DNA from: Eledone cirrhosa
Taxonomy: Eukaryota
Length of the DNA: 64,000 bases
Assembly: GCA_964016885.1 (NCBI GenBank)
Contig: OZ024747.1
Location: 77,004,001-77,068,000, forward strand
Reading direction: 5' to 3'
The notes beneath the pieces were generated by a model. The model had not been told where the DNA came from. It saw nothing but the letters and a program-made list of their open reading frames with translations, and made no database searches. Position numbers and translations under genes: made by a program. This document shows positions 12,848-27,084 of the stretch, one piece after another (positions within the stretch are counted from its first letter, which is position 1; each line of letters opens with the position of its first letter).

Positions 12848-13127
12848 TCTCTCTCTCTCTTCCTTTCTCTTTACTCTTTCTCTCCATCCCCCCCTCTCTC
12901 TCTCTCTGTCTTACCACCCCTGTTTCTTTCTCTACCTCACCCCCCCCCCCCACCTCCTATATAAACCACCAGTGAAATATTTAGCTACATTCTTCCACTT
13001 CTTCCAATATGTCGACTCAGAAACGTCTTCTTATCCACCTTGGATTCTTCTTGTTGGTCGTTCCACTACAAACAATTCATTACTCCCTTTCTTTCCTTTT
13101 TTCTCTCTCTCTTTCTCTCTTTCTCTC

Positions 13128-13173
<46 letters not shown>

Positions 13174-13734
13174 TCTCTCTCTCTTTCTTTCTCTCTCTCT
13201 CTTTCTCTCTCTCTCTTTCTTTCTCTCTTTCTTCTTTCCTTCCTTCTCTCTTTCTTTCTTTCCTTCTTTTCTTATTTCTCTCTTTCTCACTCCTTCTTTC
13301 TTTCTTTCTCTCTTTCTCTCCTCTCTCTTTCTTTCTTTCACTCTTTATTTATTTATTCATTTTTTTTCTATTTCTTTCTTTCTCTCTTTCTTTCTTTTTC
13401 CCTTTCTTACCTTGTCTTCTCTCTTTCTTCCTTTCTTTCTTCCTCTTTTTCTTTCTCTCTTTCTTGCTGTCTATCTTTCTTTCTTCCTTTCTTTGGTTCT
13501 CTCTTTCTTTTTTCTGTCGTTCTATTGTCCTCAATTCTTTATTTATTCCTTCATTCCTTCTTTCATGTCTATCTTCATTAATTCATTCTTTTCTCTCCTT
13601 CCTTTTTTCTTCAGATTTCCTTTCTTCCTTCAATCTTTCCAGTCGTTCACCCACGTCCATCCTTCTCTCCTTCGGTTTGTTACACTTACCAATCTTTAAG
13701 TAAGTTTTTATACCTTGTACCTCTGTGTCCAAAC

Positions 13735-13765
<31 letters not shown>

Positions 13766-13830
13766 CTTCTTCTTCTTCTTCTTCTTCTTCTTCTTCTTCT
13801 TCTTCTTCTTCTTCTTCTTCTTCTTCTTTC
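11890..13830. repeat. Low-complexity block: purine tract, (GAT)n, (AAAATAT)n 12452-12640, (CT)n/(CTTT)n, (CTT)n
   Basis: Direct inspection. Confidence 0.9.
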
Positions 13831-14229
13831 CATCCCAGATCTCTTCCCAAATCACGCCCCTACTGTCTTAGAAACAGCAAGGAACACATTCAATAATGTA
13901 TTTCTATCTAGATGTAATATATCTGGAGGAACAAAGACGAAGAGATGGTCATATCAGGCATGGAAATACCAATTGAAACATAATTTCCATCGTCTGATCT
14001 AACAAATGACTTCTTTCTTATCCTCCCCTTGCCTTATCAGAGGTCACTTGAGCTCAACACTTTAAACACATACTAACCCATCCCAAACTAACTTGGTTTC
14101 TATGAAACAAAACCATTTTTAAAAGTTCTAATATAAATTGAGATATTCCAACATAACATATGGTTCTTATATAAGTTACTATCTTAGTAATGAAATAATT
14201 AGCAATTTTAGTAAATTCCTCATAATTCC

Positions 14230-14530
14230 TCACAATCCATTCCACTCCATGACCTTCTCACTGCTGTCGGAGGAACCCTCCCTTGCTTGACCGGTGCTAC
14301 TTTCTGGTTGGTTTTGTCTATGTCACGTGTGTAGCTGTACTCACCCCGTTTAGTCAATTGCGTGTTAGTGAGGCTGTTTGACCCATAGTTGGGGTGGATG
14401 GCCGTTGACTCTGAGGAATCCATCCTCCCTTTTAGCAACTCTTGCTTTTTGCGCTGCTGGGGTGGGGTTCCACTTACCGCCCTCACCAGAACAGGGTCTG
14501 GTGGAGGAGCCGGGTTAAGTCGCCGACCAC
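14230..14530 (-). mobile_element. Unclassified GC-richer insert, possibly a LINE 5' region
   Basis: Abrupt rise in GC; resembles RTE 5' UTR/ORF start; no diagnostic domain. Confidence 0.3.
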
Positions 14531-14566
14531 TTGATCATTAAATAATTGAAACAGATTGGTTCGAAA

Positions 14567-14602
14567 GACGACGACGACAACAACGACGACAACAACGACG
14601 AC

Positions 14603-14692
<90 letters not shown>

Positions 14693-14696
14693 AACG

Positions 14697-14729
<33 letters not shown>

Positions 14730-14735
14730 ACAACA

Positions 14736-14813
<78 letters not shown>

Positions 14814-14866
14814 ACAACAACAACGACAACAACGACGACGACGACAACAACGACAACAACGACGAC

Positions 14867-14898
<32 letters not shown>

Positions 14899-15085
14899 CA
14901 ACAACGACGACAACAACGACGACGACGACAACAACGACGACGACAACAACGACGACGACGACAACAACAACGACGACGATCATGACGACGATGAATGCGA
15001 CGATGATAACGACGATGACGACGACGATGATAACGACGATGACGACGGCGATGACGGCGGCGATGATGGCGGCGATGACGACGAT
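14567..15085. repeat. (GAC/AAC)n trinucleotide array
   Basis: Direct inspection. Confidence 0.95.
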
Positions 15086-15502
15086 AATCTCTTATCCTTA
15101 CCGAAACTGTTAGATCTCTTGTTCTGTAGCAAGTGAAGTGATGCAGAAGGGGATTATTATAATCGCCGACACTGTAATTAAAGCGAGCTTAACTATGTTA
15201 ACTGCAAGATCAGATAATCTACTCTGAGATGTCAAAACCTCTAAAGTTGCAAAGGTCTTCAGTATTTATAGCGACTACAAGAGTCCAACAGTAGCTCCAA
15301 ATTGGCCATTCACACGAACCAGTAAGGGATGATCCGTTACTGGGTCACTTGACTTGCTAGAAATGACAGCGAAAGCTCCATCATATCACCTCCGTCTTTA
15401 CAACAAAAAAAAAACGAAACAAAGCCAGCACTAGATGTATACAATACTACTTCTACAATGTTCACATTACATAGAATACAGAGGTGACGAAATACACATT
15501 AA

Positions 15503-15746
15503 GAGATCTATATAGCACCTCTGCAATATACACAACACAGAAGACATGGTACCTCTCATATTCTAGGAGATCTATATAGCATCTCTGCAATACACACAAC
15601 ACAGAAGACATGGTACCTCTGATACTCTAGGAGATCTATATAGCACCTCTTCTGCAACATACACAACACAGAAGACATGGTACCTCTGATACTCTAAGAG
15701 ATCTATATAGCACCTCTGCAATACACACAACACACATAGGAGACAT
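15503..15746. repeat. ~63-bp minisatellite, ~4 copies
   Basis: Unit gagatctatatagcacctctgcaatacacacaacacagaagacatggtacctctgatactctag. Confidence 0.9.
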
Positions 15747-16287
15747 GTCAAAATGTCAAAGAAATGAAAACAATGCACAAATATATACCTAGAGCAATAC
15801 CAAAATTGACAAACAGAAATAGATAACAACAATGTCAGACCTACCAACCTCTAGAAACCCAAAGGGAAAAAGTGGCCCGAAACGGGGAGAAATGAGGCAA
15901 AATCGGGAGATTTTACATAATTAAAGCTGTACCCATTTTCATAAGAAAAGACATCTCTCACCCACCCCAAAGTGGGTGGGAGATCTCCCATTGGGACTGG
16001 GAGAGTTAGCAGGTCTGCATTGGTGTATTACTCTACTTGAGAAGGGCACCCTGTTGCAGCGAGTGTGTCTGACCCTTCTCTGGGGTAAAGTTATGGCCGT
16101 TTTGTCCGCTGGACGTGGCTTAGGTACAACTCAGACTGGGGTGTAGGGACTGCCAATCCCTCTCTTTTTTTCGTTGCTTCATCCTTCTTTCCTTTTCTTT
16201 TCCAACTTTTCTCTTTTTCTTTAATAGTGTTTTGTTTTTCTTAGATACTGCTCAATATGTACTAGTACTTCACCCTGTACAGAGAGA

Positions 16288-16570
16288 GAGATATGCCAGC
16301 CTTCCATGCATATCTGTCGTTGTACGTAAAAGGAGAGTAAGATTTGCTGGCCACTGCCATCCTGCCACCTATGAGGCTATGTACCCAATAGTGCTTTGGA
16401 AACCACAAGCAGTCACTAATAACAGGGGGCGCAAGCTCTCCTATCCCGATGTCATCTCCAGAGATTCTGGTATTGAAATCCAGGACTTGGCAACGGCAAT
16501 GAACGACAATCCCACGTGGAGATCAATTGTTGAGTCCATTTCGGCTGAATCCACCGGATGATGATGATGA
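16288..16570 (+). mobile_element. RTE/RTEX-like LINE 3' fragment with (TGA)n tail
   Basis: ISVVVRKRRVRFAGHC..IVLWKP..RGRKLSYPD..AMNDNPTWRSIV, then stop and tgatgatga tail. Confidence 0.8.
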
Positions 16571-16585
16571 CAAACTTAGTTTTGT

Positions 16586-17713
16586 CTCAGACATAATTGA
16601 ACTACCTCAGACATAATTGAACCATCTCAGACATAATTGAACTACCTCAGACATAATTGAACCATCTCAGACATAATTGAACTACCTCAGACATAATTGA
16701 ACCATCTCAGACATAATTGAACTACCTCAGACATAATTGAACCATCTCAGACATAGTTGAACTACCTCAGACATAATTGAACCATCTCAGACATAATTGA
16801 ACTACCTCAGACATAATTGAACCATCTCAGACATAATTGAACTACCTCAGACTTAATTGAACCATCTCAGACATAATTGAACTACCTCAGACATAATTGA
16901 ACCATCTCAGACATAATTGAACTACCTCAGACATAATTGAACCATCTCAGACATAATTGAACTACCTCAGACATAATTGAACCATCTCAGACATAATTGA
17001 ACTACCTCAGACATAATTGAACCATCTCAGACATAATTGAACTACCTCAGACATAATTGAACCATCTCAGACATAATTGAACTACCTCAGACATAATTGA
17101 ACCATCTCAGACATAATTGAACTACCTCAGACATAATTGAACCATCTCAGACATAATTGAACTACCTCAGACATAATTGAACCATCTCAGACATAATTGA
17201 ACTACCTCAGACATAATTGAACCATCTCAGACATAATTGAACTACCTCAGACATAATTGAACCATCTCAGACATAATTGAACTACCTCAGACATAATTGA
17301 ACCATCTCAGACATAATTGAACTACCTCAGACATAATTGAACCATCTCAGACATAGTTGAACTACCTCAGACATAATTGAACCATCTCAGACATAATTGA
17401 ACCATCTCAGACATAATTGAACTACCTCAGACATAATTGAACTACCTCAGACATAATTGAACCATCTCAGACATAATTGAACCATCTCAGACATAATTGA
17501 ACTACCTCAGACATAATTGAACTACCTCAGACATAATTGAACCATCTCAGACATAATTGAACTACCTCAGACATAATTGAACCATCTCAGACATAATTGA
17601 ACTACCTCAGACATAATTGAACCATCTCAGACATAGTTGAACTACCTCAGACATAATTGAACCATCTCAGACATAATTGAACTACCTCAGACATAATTGA
17701 ACTACCTCAGACA
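16586..17713. repeat. 20-bp satellite with 40-bp dimer, ~56 monomers
   Basis: ctcagacataattgaactac and ctcagacataattgaaccat alternate. Confidence 0.98.
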
Positions 17714-17799
17714 ATACTAGACTTCGATCCCAAATCTCTCCAAAATACATACAACACTACTAATATACTAAAATAACATTCTAAAAATATCTCTCTTTC

Positions 17800-17860
<61 letters not shown>

Positions 17861-18334
17861 CCACTCTCTATTTTCTGTCTCTCCTTCTTCCTCTTTCTCT
17901 CTTTCTTCCTATCTCTCTCTATCCCACCTTCTCCCTTCTCTCGCTTCCCTCTATCTCTCTATTCCTGTACCTCGTTACAATCGATCGTCTCACTCTCTCT
18001 CTCTCCCTCTCTATCTCCCCCCTCTCCGTCTCTCTCTACTGCTACGGACTTATATGACAGCTGCAGTAAATGTAGAACGTGGTTCAACACATTTGGGGTT
18101 GGTTGTTGAGATGATGATGATGTATTTGTCGTTGTTGTTGGTGATGGTGGTGGTAATGGTGGTGGTGGTGGTAGTGTTTGTGTTGTTAGTTAGCCCAGTG
18201 ACAGCCCTGGTCAAGCAGGCCCTGTTATCAGAGGCTCTCCAACCACGACCACATCTTTCAGAAATCCTGTACCACAGACTACATAATAGCTTAGATTTTT
18301 TTTTTTTTAATAAAATAAAAAAGTGATTAGTCTG

Positions 18335-20115
18335 GCGTTGGTATTGATTGTGGTGGTGTTGGTGGTTTAGGTGGTGGTAGTTGTGGTGTTGGTGGTGGTA
18401 GTTGTCGTGTTGGTGGTGGTAGTTGTGGTGTTGGTATTGATTGTTGCGGTGTTGGTGGTTTAGGTGGTAGTAGTTGTGGTGTTGATGGTGGTAGTTGAGG
18501 TGTTGGTGGTGGTAGTTGTCGTGTTGGTGGGGGTAGTTGTGGTGTTGGTATTGATTGTGGCGGTGCTGGTGGTTTAGGTGGTGGTAGTTGTGGTGTCTGT
18601 GGTAGTAGTTGTGGTGTTGGTGGTGGTAGTTGTCGTGTTGGTGGTGGTAGTTGTGTTGTTGGTATTGACTGTGGCGGTGTTGGTGGTTTAGGTGGTGGTA
18701 GTTGTGGTGTCGGTGGTGGTAGTTGTGGTGTGGGTGGTGGTAGCTGTCGTGTTGGTGGTGGTTGTGGCGGTGTTGGTATTGATTGTGGCGGTGTTGGTGG
18801 TTTAGGTGGTGGTAGTTGTGGTGTCGGTGGTGGTAGTTGTGGTATTGGTGGTGGTAGTTGTGGTGTTGGTGGTGGTAGTTGTCGTGTTGGTGGTGGTAGT
18901 TGTGGTGTCAGTGGTAGTTGTGGTGTTGGTGGTAGTTGTGGTGTTGGTGGTAGTTGTTGTGTTGGTGGGGGGGCGTTGATGGTTTTAGTGTCGCTGGGTG
19001 TAGTTGTGGTATTGATGGTAGTATTGATGGTGGTGGTGGTAATGATGGAGGTGGGGGTATCGATGGTGGAGGTGGTGGCATCGATGGTGGAGGGGGGGGG
19101 GGGTATCGATGGTGGAAGTGGTGGTATCGATGGTGGAGGTGGTGGTATCGATAGTGGAGGTGGCGGTATCGATGGTGGGGGTGGGGGTATCGATGGTGGA
19201 AGTGGCGGTATCGATGGTGGAGGTGGTGGTATCGATGGTGGAGGTGGTGGTATCGATGGTGGAGGTGGTGGTATCGATAGTGGAGGTGGCGGTATCGATG
19301 GTGGGGGTGGGGGTATCGATGGTGGAAGTGGCGGTATCGATGGTGGAGGTGGTGGTATCTTTGGTGGAGGTGGTGGTATCGATGGTGGAGGTGGTGGTAT
19401 CGATAGTGGAGGTGGTGGTATCTTTGGTGGAGGTGGTGGTATCGATGGTGGTATCGATAGTGGAGGTGGCGGTATCGATGGTGGGGGTGGGGGTATCGAT
19501 GGTGGAAGTGGCGGTATCGATGGTGGAGGTGGTGGTAGTTGTTGTGTTGGTGGGGGTATCGATGGTGGAGGTGGCGGTATCGATGGTGGAGGTGGGGGTA
19601 TCGATGGTGGAAGTGGCGGTATCTTTGGTGGAGGTGGTGGTATCGATGGTGGAGGTGGGGGTATCGATGGTGGAGGTAGCGGTATCTTTGGTGGAGGTGG
19701 GGGTATCGATGGTGGAGGTGGGGGTATCGATGGTGGAGGTGGGGGTATCGATGGTGGAGGTGGGGGTATCGATGGTGGAGGTGGGGGTATCGATGGTGGA
19801 GGTGGCGGTATCGATGGTGGAGGTGGGGGTATCGATGGTGGAGGTGGGGGTATCTTTGGTGGAGGTGGGGGTATCGATGGTGGAGGTGGGGGTATCGATG
19901 GTGGAGGTGGTGGTATCGATGGTGGAAGTGGCGGTATCTTTGGTGGAGGTGGGGGTATCGATGGTGGAGGTGGGGGTATCGATGGTGGAGGTAGCGGTAT
20001 CTTTGGTGATGGTGGTGGTATCGATGGTGGAAGTGGCGGTATCTTTGGTGATGGTGGTGGTATCGATGGTGGAGGTGGCGGTGATGGTGGTGGTGGTGGT
20101 GATGGTGGTGATGGT
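18335..20115. repeat. Two G/T-rich 18-bp-based minisatellites: (ggtggtagttgtggtgtt)n and (ggtatcgatggtggaggt)n
   Basis: Direct inspection; switch near 18970-19050. Confidence 0.9.
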
Positions 20116-20405
20116 GGTGATAATGTCGGTGTCAGTGAGTGAATGAGTGATGGAATTATGAATGAGTTAGATAGAGTGATTGAGTTAATGGGTAGTCTAG
20201 TGAGTGAAGGAGTGAGTTAAGGAGTGAGTGAGAGAGAGAGAGAGAGAGGAAATGTGAGTGAGATATATGAGTATATAAATGATAGAGAGAGAGGGGGGGG
20301 GTGAGAGAGATAGAGAAGCTAAAGAACAAGTGCAGATGTGCAGATGTGCAGATGTGCAGATGCATCTATGCACGTCAACACCATTAGCTGTAACAGAACA
20401 ACAAC

Positions 20406-20466
<61 letters not shown>

Positions 20467-20829
20467 ATAATAGTAGTAGTAGTAGCAGCAGGAGATGATG
20501 ATGATCATAATGATGATGATGATGATAATGCGAATGAGAGAAGGAAAGATAGAAATGAAGATAAATGGGTAGACGTATATATAGAGAGGAGGAAGAGAAA
20601 GAGAGGCAGAGTAAGAGGGAGGGGGAAGGGAGAGAGAGGGAGGGGGAGAGGGAGAGAGGAGGGAAGAGTGAGAGAGACAACGCACACACACAGTCACAAA
20701 GACATATCCACACATATACACACAAAAAACAAACACACTCACACATACACATACACACACACAAACACACACACGCAAGTACATACACATATACACATGT
20801 AAGTACATGCACACAAAAACAAATATATA

Positions 20830-20880
20830 TACACACACACATATTCGGACACGCACATACACACACAAAGATACACGCAT

Positions 20881-20916
<36 letters not shown>

Positions 20917-21018
20917 ACATATTCGGACACGGACATACACACACAAAGATACACGCACACACGCACACACACACACACACACACACATATTCGGGGACAC
21001 ACATACACACACAAAGAT

Positions 21019-21110
<92 letters not shown>

Positions 21111-21135
21111 TTGGACACGTACATACACACACACA
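20830..21135. repeat. (CA)n-embedded minisatellite
   Basis: atattcggacacgcacatacacacacaaagatacacgc repeated ~4 times. Confidence 0.85.
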
Positions 21136-21298
21136 GGCGTGTGTAGTGATAAATTGTAAATAAATGTGAAGGTTTGATAAAAATAAATTTAGCTTCGATC
21201 TGGCTAAATCACGTGATTCTCCCTTGAAAACGAGAACAACTCCACTAGTTTCACCTGGTCTTTAGTGGTTCATCGGGTGTATCAAGTAAGTTTGGACT

Positions 21299-21353
<55 letters not shown>

Positions 21354-21435
21354 AGGACATATAGACACAAAGATATACTAAAAGGATTGTGAAATAGGTA
21401 TAAATGTGAATAAGGTAAATAAATGTATGTAATCC

Positions 21436-21439
<4 letters not shown>

Positions 21440-21469
<30 letters not shown>

Positions 21470-22782
21470 TGTATGTATGTATGCATGTGTGTATGTATAC
21501 ATGTGTATGTGTGTGTATGTATGCATGTATGCATGTTTGTATGTATGCATGTGTGTGTGTATGTATGCATGTGTGTCTGTATGTATGCATGTATGCATGT
21601 ATGCATGTATGTATGTATGTATGTATGTGTGAATGTATCTATGTATGTGTGTGTATGTATGTATGTATGTATGTTTGTATGTATGTGTGTGTATGTATGC
21701 ATGTGTGTGTGTATGCATGCATGTATGCATGTATGTATGTATGTATGTGTGTGTATGTGAATGTATCTATGTATGTGTATGTATGTATGTATGTATGTAT
21801 GTTTGTATGTATGCATGTGTGTGTGTATGTATGCATGTGTGTGTGCATGTATGCATGTATGCATGTATGTATGTATGCATGTATGTATGTATGTATCTAA
21901 GTATGTATGTGTGAATGTATCTATGTATGTGTGTGTATGTATGTATGTATGTATGTCTGTATGTATGTGTGTGTATGTATGCATGTGTGTGTGTATGCAT
22001 GCATGTATGCATGTATGTATGTATGTATGTGTGTGTATGTGAATGTATCTATGTATGTGTGTGTATGTATGTATGTATGTATGTTTGTATGTATGCATGT
22101 GTGTGTGTATGTATGCATGTGTGTGTGCATGTATGCATGTATGCATGTATGTATGTATGCATGTATGTATGTATGTATGTATCTATGTATGTATGTGTGA
22201 ATGTATCTATGTATGTGTGTGTATGTATGTATGTATGTATGTTTGTATGTATGTGTGTGTATGTATACATGTGTGTGTGTATGCATGCATGTATGCATGT
22301 ATGTATGTATGTATGTATGTGTGTGTATGTGAATGTATCTATGTATGTGTGTGTATGTTTGTATGTATGCATGTGTGTGTGTATGTATGCATGTGTGTGT
22401 GCATGTATGCATGTATGCATGTATGTATGTATGCATGTATGTATGTATGTATGTATCTATGTATGTATGTGTGAATGTATCTATGTATGTGTGTGTATGT
22501 ATGTATGTATGTATGTTTGTATGTATGTGTGTGTATGTATGCATGTGTGTGTGTATGCATGCATGTATGCATGTATGTATGTATGTGTATCTGAATGTAT
22601 CTATGTATGTGTGTGTATGTATGTATGTATGTATGTTTGTATGTATGCATGTGTGTGTGTATGTATGCATGTGTGTGTGCATGTATGCATGTATGTATGT
22701 ATGCATGTATGCATGTATGTATGTATGTATGTGTGAATGTATCTATGTATGTGTGTGTATGTATGTATGTATGCATGTGCAT
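21440..22782. repeat. (TATG)n-based higher-order tandem repeat
   Basis: The marker gaatgtatctatgtatgtgt recurs about every 130-150 bp. Confidence 0.9.
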
Positions 22783-22790
22783 TTGTATGC

Positions 22791-23047
22791 CGCAGTTCAA
22801 TCAGGAACTTGGTCATCGTGTTTTTCGACATCCATGGCATTGTTCATCATGAGTTTGTCCCCCTGGGCCTGATTGTCAAAAAATAGTTTTACTGCGAATT
22901 TCTTAGGCGTTTGAGGGAGAACATTCGACGAAAGGGGCCGGAATTGTGGCCCGCGAAGAACTGGATTCTTCACGACGACGACAACGTACCCTGTCACTGA
23001 GCTCTCATAGTCCGTGAGTTTCTCTCCAAGCACAACATGCCATCATT
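22791..23047 (+). pseudogene. Mariner transposase fragment
   Basis: VIVFFDIHGIVHHEFVP, frameshift, FYCEFLRRLRENIRRKGPELW..NWILHDDDNVPCH*ALIVREFL (HDNA region of DD34D). Confidence 0.9.
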
Positions 23048-23055
23048 ATTCCGGT

Positions 23056-23224
23056 CGAGGGTCGGACGCCATGCTTTGCAGCATAGAATTACAGCCCTTT
23101 GCAGTCTGAGTTCAAATCCCGCAGAGGTTAACTTTGCTTTTCATCCTTACGGGGTCGATAAAATAAAGTACCAGAAATTCACTGGTATAATTGCTGGCCC
23201 TGTGCCAAAAGTAGTAACAATTAT
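23056..23224 (+). mobile_element. Family A SINE
   Basis: Consensus match including B-box and core. Confidence 0.85.
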
Positions 23225-23684
23225 TCTAACCCTTGGAGTTTTATACTAAAGTAAATACTGTAAAATAATATCTCTGTTGTAGCCAAGAAATATTTATCGA
23301 TATCTCCTCTCATTGACACTTTTCCTCTTTCCTGTTATCACTTTACTTCCATTACTCTGCTTCACCTCCTTCTCTTCCATTATTTGTCTCTCAGTTCCTT
23401 CATACTATCTCTCACACTCTCTATTTCTTCTTCTTTCAGTTAATCTTAACTGTCAAACTCTACACCTTGTTTATATATTAATATCTTCTGTAGCTCGAAT
23501 TAGATACTCAGTGCCAATCTTTCAGTGTTCATGGTTTTGTCTTTCTTTTACCTTGCAATTGCATTTCTATTTAAAGTGACAGTTCTTCAAGTTCTCTGGA
23601 ACATAAAATTGCTTTTTTCTTTATTGTTATTATTATTATTATTATTATTAGTAGTAGTAGTGGTAGTTGTAGTGGTTTATGGCA

Positions 23685-23856
23685 TGTCATTTAGTTACGG
23701 GGCTTTACATTCTGAGTTCAAATCTCTCCGAGGTTAACTTGCCTTTCATCCTTACGGGGTCGATAAAATAAAGTACCAGTAATGTACTGGGATCGAATTA
23801 ATCGACTTTCCCCTCCCCCAAATTGCTCGCCTTGTGCCTATATAAGAAACCATTAT
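23685..23856 (+). mobile_element. Family A SINE (long-tail variant)
   Basis: Consensus match ending gccttgtgcctatataagaaaccattatta. Confidence 0.85.
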
Positions 23857-24079
23857 TAAGAACGTTTCTAACAGTAATAGAAGAAGAAGAAGAAGAAGAA
23901 GAAGAAGAAGAAGAAGAAGAAGAAGAAGAAGAAGAAGAAGAAGAAGAAGAAGAAGAAGAAGAAGAAGAAGAAGAAGAAGAAGAAGAAGAAGAAGAAGAAC
24001 CCCCTCCCCAATCCCAGCTTATGTTAGGCAGAGTAGCTACTTGTAATCTTAACAACCATTTCTATAGAATTTCAACAAG

Positions 24080-24450
24080 TTTATATTTGAGCAAGTTTCT
24101 CAAGAAATACCGAAGTAGGATCTATGTATTAATTAATACAACCATGTTTTCTGATCCTAGCTTTTGACTCATGAGTCAACGTCACATAATATTTCACATA
24201 TGAATCCCGCCTTTTATTCTCAGCATGTTCGATACAGACTTAAGTCTGCCAGAAGACAGCAAACCTGGAGATATATTCAGTTACATTTACTATTGTATTC
24301 TCCAAGGTTCTACACAGTTTTCTTGGAACACATCTGTCTCTGACAATTTGTAAGTTTCAATCACTGACAATCGATAAGAATGATTTAATAGCAGTTTGTT
24401 TACTTGTGGTGTTTACCAAGGGATATAGCACCTGAGGGACATATTAGTTT
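24080..24450 (+). pseudogene. Possible old Penelope-type RT-EN linker relic
   Basis: SKFLKKYRSRI (~SQFLRxRRIC) and HLRDILV (~NLRDILV) in order, different frames. Confidence 0.3.
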
Positions 24451-24562
24451 TAACATACAAATTACAGATATACATATATATCTAGTCATACTTCGTCTCC
24501 ATTTTTGTCTGTGATCTGTAGCTCTACCACCCCTCTCCCCCTCCCCCTCTCTCTCTCTCTCT

Positions 24563-25366
<804 letters not shown>

Positions 25367-25527
25367 TCTTCCGATTCTCTCTCTCCAACTTCTCCGATTC
25401 TCCCCCAATATTATCATATCACCTTATAAGCTGTACAATATCAATTATTTTTAATCGATCTCTAATCCCATCCTTCGGCAATAGACTCTTATAAGAACAA
25501 CACTGTCAACAACTGAGAAATGGATAA

Positions 25528-26350
25528 TAGCACCAGCAACAGCAGCAAAGACAGCAGCAACGACAGCAGCAACGACAGCAGCAACGACATCAACAGCAGC
25601 AATAACAACAGCGGCAGCAACAACAACAACAGCAGCAACGACAGCAGCAACAGCAGCAACAGCAACAACAGCAACGACAGCAGCAACAAAAATAACAACA
25701 ACAGCAGCAACAGCAGCAACAACAACGACAACAACAGTAACGTCAACAACAGCAGCAACAACAACAGCAGTAATAACAACAACAGTAGCAATAGCAGTAA
25801 CTTCAACAACAGGAGCAACAGCAACAGCAACAACAACAACAACAACAGGAGCAACAGCAACAGCAACAACAACAACAACAACAGCAACAACAACAACAAC
25901 AACAGCAATAACAGCATCAATAACAGTAACGTCAACAACAGCAACAACAGCATCCCAACAACAACAACAACAACAGCACTAACAACAACAACAACAGCAC
26001 TAACAACAACAACAACAGTACTAACAACAACAGTACTAACAACAACAACAACAGCACTAACAACAACAACAACAGCACTAACAACAACAACAACAGTACT
26101 AACAACAACAACAACAACAACAGTACTAACAACAACAGTACTAACAACAACAACGACAACAGTACTAACAACAACAACAACAACAGTACTAACAACAACA
26201 ACGACAACAGTACTAACAACAACAACAACAACAGTACTAACAACAACAGTATAACAGTTCTAACAACAACAACAACAACAGTACTAACAACAACAACGAC
26301 AACAGTACTAACAACAACAGTATTAACAACAACAACAGTACAACAGTACC

Positions 26351-26396
<46 letters not shown>

Positions 26397-27053
26397 GTAT
26401 TAACAACAACAACAACAACAGTACTGACGACAACAACAGTACAACAGTATTAACAACAACAACAACAGTACTAACAACAACAGTACAACAGTACTAACAA
26501 CAACAACAGTATTAACAACAACAACAACAACAGTCCTAACAACAACAACAACAACAGTACAACAATACTAACAACAACAACAACAGTACTAACAACAATA
26601 ACAGTAGTAACAACAACAGCACTAACAACAACAACAGCAACAACAGAACTAACAACAGCACTAATAACAACAACAACACTAACAACAACAAGAGTACTAA
26701 CAACATCAGTACAACATTACTAACAACACTAACAACAACAACCTAACAACAACAACACTAACAACAGCACTAACAACAGCAACAACAACACTAACAACAA
26801 CAACAACAACACTAACAGCACTAACAACAACAACACTAACAACAACACTAACAACAACAACAGACTAACAACACTAACAACAACTGTAATGACAACAAGA
26901 AGGCCACTTAGTACATTGATAAAGAGAGCGTGCTAACTTTGATTATGTTCCATTATATGTGTCGGCCATTTTATTGATTTACAGCATTGCTTTTTATGCT
27001 TTCAGGCTCGTCTTCTCTTATTTTATCCTACATTATAGATGATGGATTGTTGC

Positions 27054-27084
<31 letters not shown>

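Noticed and set aside
14380-14530. HDV-like ribozyme in a putative RTE 5' UTR (GCUAA motif)
   Set aside because: Could not build a convincing nested double pseudoknot by eye; needs an RNAMotif or Infernal search.
16586-17713. CRISPR-like regular array
   Set aside because: No unique spacers and no cas genes; simple tandem satellite in a eukaryotic context. The same applies to 40609-41622 and 58543-58977.
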